The notes under the pieces: generated by a model | The model's input: only the letters and a program-made list of their open reading frames with translations | What the model was told of the DNA's origin: nothing | Database searches by the model: none | Shown: positions 50,827-58,561 of the stretch, piece by piece | Position numbering within the stretch: position 1 is the stretch's first letter | How the letters are laid out: every line of letters begins with the position of its first letter | NCBI GenBank assembly: GCA_002068935.1 | Contig: MWBF01000001.1 | Span: 1 to 58,561, forward strand | Direction: 5' to 3' | Source of the DNA: Chloroflexi bacterium ADurb.Bin325 | Lineage (GTDB): Bacteria; Chloroflexota; Anaerolineae; CG2-30-64-16 | Length of the DNA: 58,561 bases | Translations under genes and position numbers: made by a program

Positions 50827-51351
50827 TCAGTCGCGCGAGGTCCGGATCGGCACGGAGGCGGCGGCTTCGGGGCGAAGGCCCGCAAAGCGCGCGTGCAACG
50901 CATTCCGGATGGCCGGTGGCGCCAGATGTTGTATATCGCCGCCCAACAGCGCCACTTCTTTGAGAATGGACGAGCTGAGGTAGGCATATTCCAGGCTGGT
51001 CATCAAACAGATGACCTCGAGCCCGGGGTCGAGCTTCTTGTTGGTCAGCGCCATCTGGAACTCGAATTCGAAGTCCGAGATGGCCCGCAGCCCGCGCACG
51101 AGGACGGAGGCGCCGATCTCGCGCGCAAAGGTGACGGTCAGCCCATGATAGGACATGACCCGCACGTTGGGCAAATGGGCGAGGCATTCCTCCGCCAGCG
51201 CGATGCGCTGCGCTGTCTCGAACGTCAGGGTCTTGGGCGGGCTGTTGTAGATGCCGATGACCAGCTCGTCGAACAGGCCCGCGGCCCGCGTCGCAATGTC
51301 GATGTGTCCGTTGTGGATCGGGTCAAACGTGCCGGGATACAGCGCTCGCAT
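50827..51351 (-). CDS. coaD: phosphopantetheine adenylyltransferase
   Basis: MRALYPGTFDPIHNGHIDI (T/HxGH nucleotidyltransferase motif), RGLRAISDFEFE and ISSSILKE. Confidence 0.93.
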   Translation of the reverse strand: MRALYPGTFDPIHNGHIDIATRAAGLFDELVIGIYNSPPKTLTFETAQRIALAEECLAHLPNVRVMSYHGLTVTFAREIGASVLVRGLRAISDFEFEFQMALTNKKLDPGLEVICLMTSLEYAYLSSSILKEVALLGGDIQHLAPPAIRNALHARFAGLRPEAAASVPIRTSRD

Positions 51352-51375
51352 GAAAGTTACTCCGCTTGCCTCTAT

Positions 51376-51520
51376 GAAGCTGTTTAAAAAAAGTCGCCTG
51401 GCGACTGAAGTCACGGCCACGATTGCGCTGCCTGCGCAGACTCAAGCCCGCAAGTCCGCAGGGGCCTGGTAAATGTGGCCGCAGTTTCAACCGCCCGTTT
51501 CGGGCTTTTCAGGCAGTCTC
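51376..51520. mobile_element. MITE family A, second complete copy
   Basis: GAAGCTGTTTAAAAAAAGTCGCCTGGCGACTGAAGTCACGGCCAC ... GTTTCAACCGCCCGTTTCGGGCTTTTCAGGCAGTCTC. It lies between the recG stop (which it abuts) and the coaD start (25 nt away). Confidence 0.7.
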
Positions 51521-54090
51521 TAACTGACGTCGCCCGCGCCGCGCCAGAACGCGGCCACGCGCTCGGCCAGGCCGCGATGTTCGGGCAGGGCCAGCTCCGG
51601 ATCCGCCGCAAACACCGCCTGCGCGGCCGCGCGGGCCAGCTCCAGCGTGCGCAGGTCGCTCAACTGCGCGGTGCGCAGCGGCGGCAGGCCGCTCTGCCGC
51701 GTGCCGAAGAAGTCGCCCGGCCCGCGCAGATCCAGGTCGATCTGGGCCAGCGCAAAGCCGTCGTTGTTGGTCTCCAGCGCCTGGAGACGGCGCACGCCGT
51801 CGCCCTGTTCCACATCGGAGATGAGGATGCAGTAGGAGGCGTGCGGGCCGCGGCCCACGCGGCCGCGGAATTGGTGCAGTTGGGCCAGGCCGAAGCGCTC
51901 CGCGCCCTCGATGAGGATGACGGTGGCGTTGGGCACGTCGATGCCCACCTCGACCACGGAGGTCGCCACGAGCACGTCCAGCTCGCCCGCGCTGAACGCG
52001 CGCATCACCGCGTCCTTCTCCTCGCCCTTCAGCCGGCCGTGGAGCAGCCCGACGCGCAGCTCGGCAAAGACGCTCTGTTGCAGCCGCGCGTGCTCCTCGA
52101 CCGCGGCCCTGGCGTCGCTGGTCTCCGACTCCTCGACGAGCGGGTAGACGATGAACGCCTGGCGGCCGGCCTGCGCCTGGCGGCGGATGAAGTCGTAGGC
52201 GCGCTCGCGCTGCGCGGTCGTCAGCCAGCGGGTCTTGATGGGCGTGCGGCCCGCGGGCATCTCGTCGATGACGGAGATGTCCAGGTCGCCGTAGATGGTG
52301 AGGGCCAGCGAGCGCGGGATCGGCGTCGCGCTCATGATGAGCATGTGCGGCTGGACGCCCTTCTGGCGCAGCGCGCCGCGCTGCTCGACGCCGAAGCGGT
52401 GCTGCTCGTCCACCACGGCCGCGGCCAGCTCGCGAAACTCGACCCCCTCCTGCACCAGCGCGTGCGTGCCGACCGCGATATCCGCCTCGCCCGCGGCCAG
52501 CGCGGCCAGCGCCTCCGCGCGCTCGGCCGCGCGCAGGCTGCCCGTCAGCGTGACGACCCGGATGGGCCGGCCGAAGACCGGATGTGTCAGGCTCTCGAAC
52601 ATGCGGCCGAAGGAGCGGGCGTGCTGCTCGGCCAGGATCTCGGTCGGGGCCATGATCGCGCCCTGCGCGCCGTTGGCGACCGCGATCCAGAGCGCGGCCG
52701 CGGCGACCGCGGTCTTGCCCGAGCCGACGTCGCCCTGCAGCAGCCGGCTCATCGGCCGCGGCCGCGCCAGATCCGCCAGGATGCCGTCCAGCGCGCGGCG
52801 CTGGGCCGTGGTGAGGCTGAAGGGCAGGGACGCGAGGAAAGGCGCGAGCAGCTCCTCGTCCGTCCGGAGCGCGCGGCCCGCCTGGCCCTGGAAGCGCTGC
52901 CGCGCGGCCAGCACGCCGAGCTGGAGGACGAAGAATTCGTCGAAGCTCAGGCGGCGGTGCGCGGCCGCAAGCTGCGCCTGGCTGTCGGGGAGGTGGATCT
53001 GCGTCAGCGCCTTTGCCAGCGGCAGCAGATCCGCGGTGCGGCGCACCGTCTCGGGCAGGAAGTCGACCGTCTCCTCGGCCCAGGCGCTGATGGCGCTGCG
53101 CATCAGCTTGAGCAGCCAGTTGTTCGACAGCCCCTCGGTCAGCGGGTAGATGGGCACGAGGCGGCCCGTGTTGAGCTGGTTGCGATCCAGCGGCTCCAGG
53201 TTGGGGTGGCGCATGGTCAGCACGCCGCGATAGCTGTCCACCTTGCCGCTGAACGCATAGGCCTGGCCGGTGCGGAGCTGCTTCTCGATGAACGGGTTGA
53301 ACCAGGTCATCTGTATCTCGCCGGTCCCATCGCCGACCACCGCGGTCACCATCTTGCGGTCGTCCCCGATCGGCCGGCTGCTGACGTTCCAGACCGTGCC
53401 GATGACCGTGACCTCCTCGCCCCATTTCAGCCGGTTGATGGTCTGTAGCTTGCTGTAGTCGTCATAACGGTGGGGCAGCAGATAGAGCAGGTCGTGCACG
53501 GTCTCGACGCCCAGCCTGGCGAGCTTCTGCGCAAAGCCGGGTCCCACGCCGGGCAGCCGGGTGACCGGCGCGTCCAGGCCCAGGCCGGGCGCGGCGGCCG
53601 GGGCCGCCGGGGCGCGCGCGGGCGCGCGGCGGCGCGGCTCCGGCTCGCGGGCGGGCGGCTCGGGCCGCGGCGCGAGGGAGGCCGGCTTGCTGGGCGCGGG
53701 CACGAAGGGCTCGCCCGGCCGGGATGTTGCGGTGGCCGGCTCGGCTGGGGCCACGGGCGCAGCATCGGGCGGCGGGCTGACGGCCGCGGCGTCCGGCGCG
53801 AGGGGCGTCTCCCCCGCGAGGGCCGGGCCGGCGCCGGACGTGATCTCGTGCGCGCGGCGGATGACCTGCTCCAGGATGCGCTCGCGCGCGGCGAGGTCAT
53901 CGATCGCCGGATAGCCGAGGAGCAGCGCGATGATCTGGTTGATGGCCGTCGAGTCGCCCGCCTCGGCGCGGGCGTCCGCCTCCCAGCGGCTGACGAATTT
54001 GTCCAGCCCGCCGATGACCGCCTTGTTGCGATAGCCCTGCTTCTTTTCCAGGGCGAGGATCTTCAATAAACGGGAGATTGCATTGTCCAT
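51520..54090 (-). CDS. recG: ATP-dependent DNA helicase RecG (with about 170-aa N-terminal extension and Pro/Ala-rich linker)
   Basis: Wedge domain, then helicase motifs GDVGSGKT, DEQHRFG, MSATPIPRS, and the RGRVGRG / TRG region. Confidence 0.95.
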   Translation of the reverse strand: MDNAISRLLKILALEKKQGYRNKAVIGGLDKFVSRWEADARAEAGDSTAINQIIALLLGYPAIDDLAARERILEQVIRRAHEITSGAGPALAGETPLAPDAAAVSPPPDAAPVAPAEPATATSRPGEPFVPAPSKPASLAPRPEPPAREPEPRRRAPARAPAAPAAAPGLGLDAPVTRLPGVGPGFAQKLARLGVETVHDLLYLLPHRYDDYSKLQTINRLKWGEEVTVIGTVWNVSSRPIGDDRKMVTAVVGDGTGEIQMTWFNPFIEKQLRTGQAYAFSGKVDSYRGVLTMRHPNLEPLDRNQLNTGRLVPIYPLTEGLSNNWLLKLMRSAISAWAEETVDFLPETVRRTADLLPLAKALTQIHLPDSQAQLAAAHRRLSFDEFFVLQLGVLAARQRFQGQAGRALRTDEELLAPFLASLPFSLTTAQRRALDGILADLARPRPMSRLLQGDVGSGKTAVAAAALWIAVANGAQGAIMAPTEILAEQHARSFGRMFESLTHPVFGRPIRVVTLTGSLRAAERAEALAALAAGEADIAVGTHALVQEGVEFRELAAAVVDEQHRFGVEQRGALRQKGVQPHMLIMSATPIPRSLALTIYGDLDISVIDEMPAGRTPIKTRWLTTAQRERAYDFIRRQAQAGRQAFIVYPLVEESETSDARAAVEEHARLQQSVFAELRVGLLHGRLKGEEKDAVMRAFSAGELDVLVATSVVEVGIDVPNATVILIEGAERFGLAQLHQFRGRVGRGPHASYCILISDVEQGDGVRRLQALETNNDGFALAQIDLDLRGPGDFFGTRQSGLPPLRTAQLSDLRTLELARAAAQAVFAADPELALPEHRGLAERVAAFWRGAGDVS

Positions 54091-54103
54091 CTGTGTTACA
54101 CCG

Positions 54104-54952
54104 TCACCGGACGCCCTCGTACACCATGACGCCCAGCGCCCGCGGGCCGACGTGGACGGCCAGCGACGGAGAATAGTCGATGACGGGGAACTCGCGGCGC
54201 GGGAAGGTCAGCTCCAGGCGTTCGAGCAGTTGCGCCGCCTCCGTCTCGAACCCGTGTTGCACCAGGTACAACTGCTCGATGCGCGAGAACTCGATGATGA
54301 AGTCGTGCAGCTTGTCCACCGCGCGGGCGTAGCTGCGCACCTTTTCGATGGGCACGAAGTCGCCGTCCTCCATCATCGACAGCGGCTTCAGGTCGAGCAT
54401 GGTGCCGAGCATCGTCTGCGCGGGGCCGAGCCGCCCCCACGCCTCCAGATATTCCAGGCTGTCGGAGAAGAAGAGCGCGTAGATGTGCGGGATCATGCCG
54501 CGCACGATCCTGACGATCTCGGCCTGCGATGCGCCCGTCGCGGCGGCCCTGGCCGCGGCCTCCACGATCAGCCCCAGCCCGATGGAGGTGGTCAGCGTGT
54601 CCAGGACGACGATGCGCTGGCGGCCCATGAAGCCGGCCGCGGCGCGGCGCACGATCTCGCCGGTGTCGTGCAGCGCGCCGGAGCCGTGGATGCAGATCAC
54701 GCTGTCCGTGACCTGGCCCAGCCGGGCGAAGAGGGCCTGCACCTGGTTGAGCGCAGGCGCATCCACCGTGACGCTCTTGGGGTCTTGCAGCATCCGGCGC
54801 AGCAGCGCCTCGTCGGTCTGGTTTATCCGTTCCGGGTAGACCTGGGAGCCGACCCGCACCAGCAGCGGGATGACTTCGATGCCGTATTCGGCAACCAGGG
54901 CCATGTCGGGCAGATGGGCGCTGCTGTCCGTAACGATCTTGACCTGTGCCAC
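54104..54952 (-). CDS. DegV-family fatty-acid-binding protein
   Basis: VKIVTDSSAHLP and the typical DegV length. Lies downstream of the DAK2/yloV-like gene, as in Firmicutes. Confidence 0.88.
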   Translation of the reverse strand: MAQVKIVTDSSAHLPDMALVAEYGIEVIPLLVRVGSQVYPERINQTDEALLRRMLQDPKSVTVDAPALNQVQALFARLGQVTDSVICIHGSGALHDTGEIVRRAAAGFMGRQRIVVLDTLTTSIGLGLIVEAAARAAATGASQAEIVRIVRGMIPHIYALFFSDSLEYLEAWGRLGPAQTMLGTMLDLKPLSMMEDGDFVPIEKVRSYARAVDKLHDFIIEFSRIEQLYLVQHGFETEAAQLLERLELTFPRREFPVIDYSPSLAVHVGPRALGVMVYEGVR

Positions 54953-54954
54953 GA

Positions 54955-56751
54955 TTACTCCGCCGAAATGATGTAATGATAGAACGGCTGCCCGCCCGCG
55001 ACGGTCTCGATCTCCTGGTCGGGATACCGGCCGCGCAGCAGCTCCTGCAACGCCAGCGCCTCGGCCTCGGTCACGGGTGCGCCGTAATAGAGCGTGATGA
55101 TGCCCAGGTCGGCCGCGTGCATCTGTTCGAGCAGGGTCGCGGCGACGCTGGCCGCGTCCGCGCCGGTGGCGGTCAACTGGTCGTTCAGCAGGCCGATCAC
55201 GTCGCCCGCCTTGACCTGGATGCCGTCGAAGGTCGCATCCTGCACGGCCACCGTCACCTCGCCGGTCTCCACGCTCTTGAGCGCGGCCAGCATGGCGCGC
55301 GCGTTGTGCTCCAGGCTGGCGTGCGGGTTGAGCGCCAGCAGCGCGCTGATGCCCTGGGGCACGCTCTTGCTCGGCACGACGACGACGTTTTTGCCCTCCT
55401 GGGCCGCGAGCGTCTGCGCCTGGCCCGCGGCCATGACGATGTTGCCGTTGTTGGGCAGGATGATGACCTCGGACACCGGCAGCCGGCGCACGCCCTCCAG
55501 CAGATCCTGGGTGCTCGGGTTCATCGTCTGCCCGCCGGAGATGACCACGTGAGCGCCCATGCTGCGGAAGACGTCCGCCAGCCCCGCGCCGGGCGCGACC
55601 ACGACGATGCCAGGGCCTTCGATCGACCCGGCGTCGATCTCCGCCGCGGCCGGCGCCTCCGGCTCCGCCGAGGCGGCGGGCGTCTCGAAGCGCGGGGGCA
55701 GCGGGTCGTAGCCCTCCGGCATCTCCGGGATGGACATGTCGTCCATGTTTTCGACCACGACGTCGGTCACGAAGCCGAGGCTGACCGCATAGGAGAGCAC
55801 GACGCCGGGGTCGGGCACGTGGACGTGGGCCTTGACGAGATGTTCGTCGCCCTCGACCAGCGGGCAGTCGCCCAGCGCGGTGATGTGCTCGCGGATCGCG
55901 GCGACATCGAGCGGACCTTTGCCCTCGACGAGGAACTGCACGTCGAAGCCGTAGACCAGCTTGGGCAGCTCGCGCTGGCCCTTCGGCGGCCGACCGGCGG
56001 CCGGCTGCGCCTCGCCGGTCGCCGGCTGCGCGGCCGAAGGCAGGCCCTCCGTCGCCTCGCCCTGGAGCGCGCGGTAGATGCCCTCCAGGATGAAGAAGAG
56101 CCCCTTGCCGCCGCTGTCCACCTTGCCCGCCTGGGCGAGCACGGGCAGCAGCCGCGGGGTGTTGGCGACGGCCTCGTCGGCCGCGCGCACCGTGCGCGAG
56201 AGGACGAAGTTCAGGTCGTCCTCCAGTTGCGCGGCGCTCTCCGCCGCGGCCGCGGCCTCGCGCACGACGGTCAGGATGGTGCCTTCGACGGGGCGATTGA
56301 CGCCGCGATAAGCGATGCGGCTGCCCTCGGCCAGCGCCTCCGCAAAGGTGCGGCCGTCGAGCAGGGTCTGGTCATCCAGGCTGCGCGAGATGCCGCGCAG
56401 GATCTGCGATAGGATGACGCCGGAATTGCCGCGCGCGCCCATCAGCGCGCCATACGCGGCGGCCTTCGCCACCGCGCCCACCGTGTGCGCCTGTTCGTCC
56501 GTGATCTCGCGGCACGCTGACTTCATCGTCAGGAGCATGTTCGTGCCGGTGTCGCCGTCCGGCACCGGGAACACGTTCAGTGCGTTGACAATCTCGTGGT
56601 GGCGCTCCAGCCAGGCCAGCCCGGCGTTCAGCAGGTCGCGCCAGCGCACCCCGTCGATCGTCGGGGCGGAGCCGGCGGCCCCGGCCGGGCCCGGTTGGGC
56701 TGGCGGCCGCGTCGGCTGGTTGCTCGCCCCGGGGGTCTCTGTTGTCGTCAA
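54955..56751 (-). CDS. DAK2-domain protein (YloV-like)
   Basis: NVFPVPDGDTGTNM, GARGNSGVILSQ, and a C-terminal YloV-type domain. Confidence 0.9.
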   Translation of the reverse strand: MTTTETPGASNQPTRPPAQPGPAGAAGSAPTIDGVRWRDLLNAGLAWLERHHEIVNALNVFPVPDGDTGTNMLLTMKSACREITDEQAHTVGAVAKAAAYGALMGARGNSGVILSQILRGISRSLDDQTLLDGRTFAEALAEGSRIAYRGVNRPVEGTILTVVREAAAAAESAAQLEDDLNFVLSRTVRAADEAVANTPRLLPVLAQAGKVDSGGKGLFFILEGIYRALQGEATEGLPSAAQPATGEAQPAAGRPPKGQRELPKLVYGFDVQFLVEGKGPLDVAAIREHITALGDCPLVEGDEHLVKAHVHVPDPGVVLSYAVSLGFVTDVVVENMDDMSIPEMPEGYDPLPPRFETPAASAEPEAPAAAEIDAGSIEGPGIVVVAPGAGLADVFRSMGAHVVISGGQTMNPSTQDLLEGVRRLPVSEVIILPNNGNIVMAAGQAQTLAAQEGKNVVVVPSKSVPQGISALLALNPHASLEHNARAMLAALKSVETGEVTVAVQDATFDGIQVKAGDVIGLLNDQLTATGADAASVAATLLEQMHAADLGIITLYYGAPVTEAEALALQELLRGRYPDQEIETVAGGQPFYHYIISAE

Positions 56752-56781
56752 CGTATGACTCCTCGACTGAAAGTATCGTGG

Positions 56782-57141
56782 CTATGCATTGTCGTTCGGC
56801 ATGCGCAGGCCCTGCACATGCACGTTCACCTCGGCCACCGGAATGCCGAGGGCCTGCTCCAGGGCGTATTTGACGCCGTGCATGACGCCGTGCGCCACCT
56901 CGGAGACGCGCGTGCCGTACTGCACGACGACGTACAGATCCACCACGATCTGGCCGTCGCGGACCAGCACATCCACGCCGCGGCCCCAGCGTTCGGGCTG
57001 GAAGCGGTCAGCGATCTCGTCGAGCAGGTTCTTGCTGGCCATGCCGACCACCCCATAACAACGTAACACGGCATCGCCCGCGATGGTCGCGATGGTCTGG
57101 GGTGAAATCTCGATCCGGCCCTGCTTTTTATCGTCCGCCAT
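56782..57141 (-). CDS. Asp23/Gls24-family protein (YloU-like)
   Basis: MADDKKQGRIEISPQTIATIAGDAVLRCYGVVGM ... VDLYVVVQYG. Divergent from rpmB, as in Bacillus yloU. Confidence 0.88.
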   Translation of the reverse strand: MADDKKQGRIEISPQTIATIAGDAVLRCYGVVGMASKNLLDEIADRFQPERWGRGVDVLVRDGQIVVDLYVVVQYGTRVSEVAHGVMHGVKYALEQALGIPVAEVNVHVQGLRMPNDNA

Positions 57142-57210
57142 GCCGGCTCCTCTCTGCACGCCTGCACGATGGCGTGCGGCATCGAATGTCAAAAAACATG
57201 GGCGGCGCTT

Positions 57211-57239
57211 TTGCAATCAGCGCAGCCATGTGGTATGAT
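57211..57239 (+). promoter_or_regulatory. candidate rpmB promoter with extended -10
   Basis: TTGCAA (57211-16), a 17-nt spacer, then TGgTATGAT (57231-39). About 80 nt upstream of the rpmB ATG. Confidence 0.55.
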
Positions 57240-57318
57240 GGTCGTCACTGTGGCCGGGCCCTCGTTTGGCTCGGTCACAGCTTGTCTGACTCAGAGCATT
57301 CACGAGGGAGATCTTCCG

Positions 57319-57498
57319 ATGGCCAAGTGTGAAGTTTGCGGCAAGGGGCCACAGTTTGGACACAACGTCAGCCATTCCATGCGCCATACCCCGCGCCGCT
57401 GGAATCCCAATGTCCAGCGCAAGCGCCTGTTGGTGGGCGGCCGGCCGATGCGCGTCTACATCTGCGCCAAGTGCATCAAGACGATGCAGAAGGCTTGA
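57319..57498 (+). CDS. rpmB: 50S ribosomal protein L28
   Basis: MAKCEVCGKGPQFGHNVSHSMRHTPRRWNPNVQRKRL. Confidence 0.95.
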   Translation: MAKCEVCGKGPQFGHNVSHSMRHTPRRWNPNVQRKRLLVGGRPMRVYICAKCIKTMQKA

Positions 57499-57525
57499 CC
57501 GATTCGCTCCTGCGCACCGAGCAGG

Positions 57526-57571
57526 CGGCCGGCCGTGAGCCTACGGGCTTGCACGCCGGCTGTTTGCTTTT
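57526..57571 (+). terminator. candidate intrinsic terminator after rpmB
   Basis: Imperfect GC-rich hairpin CGGCCGGCCGTGAGCC-tacg-GGCTTGCACGCCGGCTG followed by TTTGCTTTT. Confidence 0.4.
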
Positions 57572-57631
57572 AATGAGCCCGATCCGGCCGGGTCTCGCCG
57601 CGGCGAGGCCGTAGCCCGGCCGACCAAAACG

Positions 57632-58285
57632 TCAGGCCGCCGCGCGCAGCGCCGCGATCCCCTCGGCGATGCCGTCAGGGTGGCCGAAGATGGCCGTGCC
57701 GGCCACGAAGATGGTCGCGCCCGCCGCGGCCACCTCGCCGATCGTGGTGTGGTCGATGCCGCCGTCCACCTCGATGTCGATCGCACGGCCCGTGTCGCGG
57801 ATCATGGTTGCCAGCCGGGCAACCTTGGCCGTCATGGTCGGGATATAGCGCTGGCCGCCGAAGCCCGGGTTGACCGTCATGACCAGGATCTGATCCACGA
57901 AGGGCAGGATCTCGCGCACGGCCTCCAGGCTGGTCGCCGGATTGAGCGTGACGCCGGGCCGCGCGCCCAGCTCGCGAATCTGCTGGACGGTGCGATGCAG
58001 ATGCGGGCACGTCTCGACGTGCACCGTCAGGATGTCGGCGCCGGCGCGCGCAAAATCGGCCAGGTAGCGCTCCGGCGCTTCGATCATCAGGTGGACGTCC
58101 AACGGCAGCCGGGTCACCTTGCGGAGCGCCGTGACGACCGGCGGCCCGATGGTGATGTTGGGGACGAAATGCCCGTCCATGACATCGACGTGGATATAAT
58201 CGGCCCCGGCGGCCTCCGCGGCCTGCACCGCGATGCCCAGGCTGGCAAAATCGGCGGCCAAGATGGACGGCGCAATCTTGAGCAA
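57632..58285 (-). CDS. rpe: ribulose-phosphate 3-epimerase
   Basis: KIAPSILAADFASLG, HVDVMDGHFVPN, VMTVNPGFGGQ and IEVDGGI. The probable start is TTG at 58285, behind GAGGAGGA. The longer track ORF N-terminus overlaps a repeat and is not credible. Confidence 0.92.
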   Translation of the reverse strand: MLKIAPSILAADFASLGIAVQAAEAAGADYIHVDVMDGHFVPNITIGPPVVTALRKVTRLPLDVHLMIEAPERYLADFARAGADILTVHVETCPHLHRTVQQIRELGARPGVTLNPATSLEAVREILPFVDQILVMTVNPGFGGQRYIPTMTAKVARLATMIRDTGRAIDIEVDGGIDHTTIGEVAAAGATIFVAGTAIFGHPDGIAEGIAALRAAA

Positions 58286-58395
58286 CGGAACTTCCTCCTC
58301 GCTTCGCGACAGACACACACAACGAAGCCGAACACCCATGGTCCGGCTCAACGTACACTCTATGATACACCCGAACGGGCAAAACGCCAAAGCAT

Positions 58396-58561
58396 GGCCC
58401 CCATCCCCAGGGGTGACGCTCCCTCCCCTGCGCAGCGGGGGAGGGCCGGGGGTGAGGGCCATAGTCGCCCCCATCCCCTCCCCCTTCCCCCGTCCCGACG
58501 GGGGAAGGGGGAGATGCTCCCCTCTCCCGCTATGCGGGAGAGGGGCCGGGGGTGCCGGATT
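58396..58561. repeat. family C (GGGG/CCCC hairpin) repeats in inverted orientation, running off the right edge
   Basis: GGCCCCCATCCCC ... CCCTCCCCTGCGCAGCGGGGGAGGG ... CCCCCGTCCCGACGGGGGAAGGGGG ... CTCTCCCGCTATGCGGGAGAG. Related to the 39.7 kb array and to 19925-20010. Confidence 0.75.

Noticed and set aside
57632-58474. Long 280-aa version of the rpe ORF
   Set aside because: The extra N-terminal 63 residues overlap the family C repeat and have no Rpe homology. A TTG at 58285 behind GAGGAGGA gives a normal-length epimerase starting LKIAPSIL.

Overview
GC-rich (roughly two-thirds G+C by eye) bacterial chromosomal window with about 50 protein-coding genes. I found no rRNA, tRNA or CRISPR array. 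All calls rest on reading the supplied translations and the DNA by eye; no searches were run.

Layout:
- 1-6.6 kb: secreted protein, amidohydrolase, PAS hybrid histidine kinase, TolB-like beta-propeller and an SLT lytic transglycosylase. This part carries its own REP-like repeats.
- About 6.65 kb: the SLT ORF runs without a stop into a uroporphyrinogen-decarboxylase-like (URO-D-like) domain. This is either a rearrangement or an assembly chimera.
- 7.8-15.5 kb: an LplABC-type sugar ABC transporter flanked by an atypical hybrid kinase and an atypical response regulator.
- 15.6-31.4 kb: ppk1, a LysM protein, acyl-CoA synthetase, DMT transporter, two GT2 glycosyltransferases, a methyltransferase, a class A PBP, surE and a CSD-DUF1294 protein.
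- 31.8-34.9 kb: orphan DNA methyltransferase, a B12-binding radical SAM enzyme with a translationally coupled 68-aa ORF, and an 80-aa ORF.
- 34.9-39.7 kb: DtxR-family repressor plus an Fe(III)-type ABC transporter.
- 40.1-43.6 kb: GDPD, AMMECR1, a hypothetical protein and a COG2403 cpgS-like protein.
- 43.6-58.3 kb: housekeeping block with Firmicutes/Chloroflexi-like synteny (tatA, tatC, nusB, asp23, fabG, fabD, rpmF, yceD, coaD, recG, degV, DAK2/yloV, asp23, rpmB, rpe). A lower-GC IS element interrupts it.

The most unusual property is the non-coding fraction right of about 7.7 kb. At least four families of MITE/REP-like hairpin elements occur there, some nested, one with clear TIRs and a 5-bp TSD. 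There are also three separate tandem arrays of about 100-120 bp units; the one at 23.8-24.1 kb is strikingly AT-rich with iteron-like 9-mers.

Other items worth a second look:
- the radical SAM plus small-ORF pair
- a TatB-like module fused to TatC
- an N-terminally truncated nusB lying in frame behind the asp23 stop codon
- an in-frame TAG that detaches a lipoprotein signal peptide from the SLT domain
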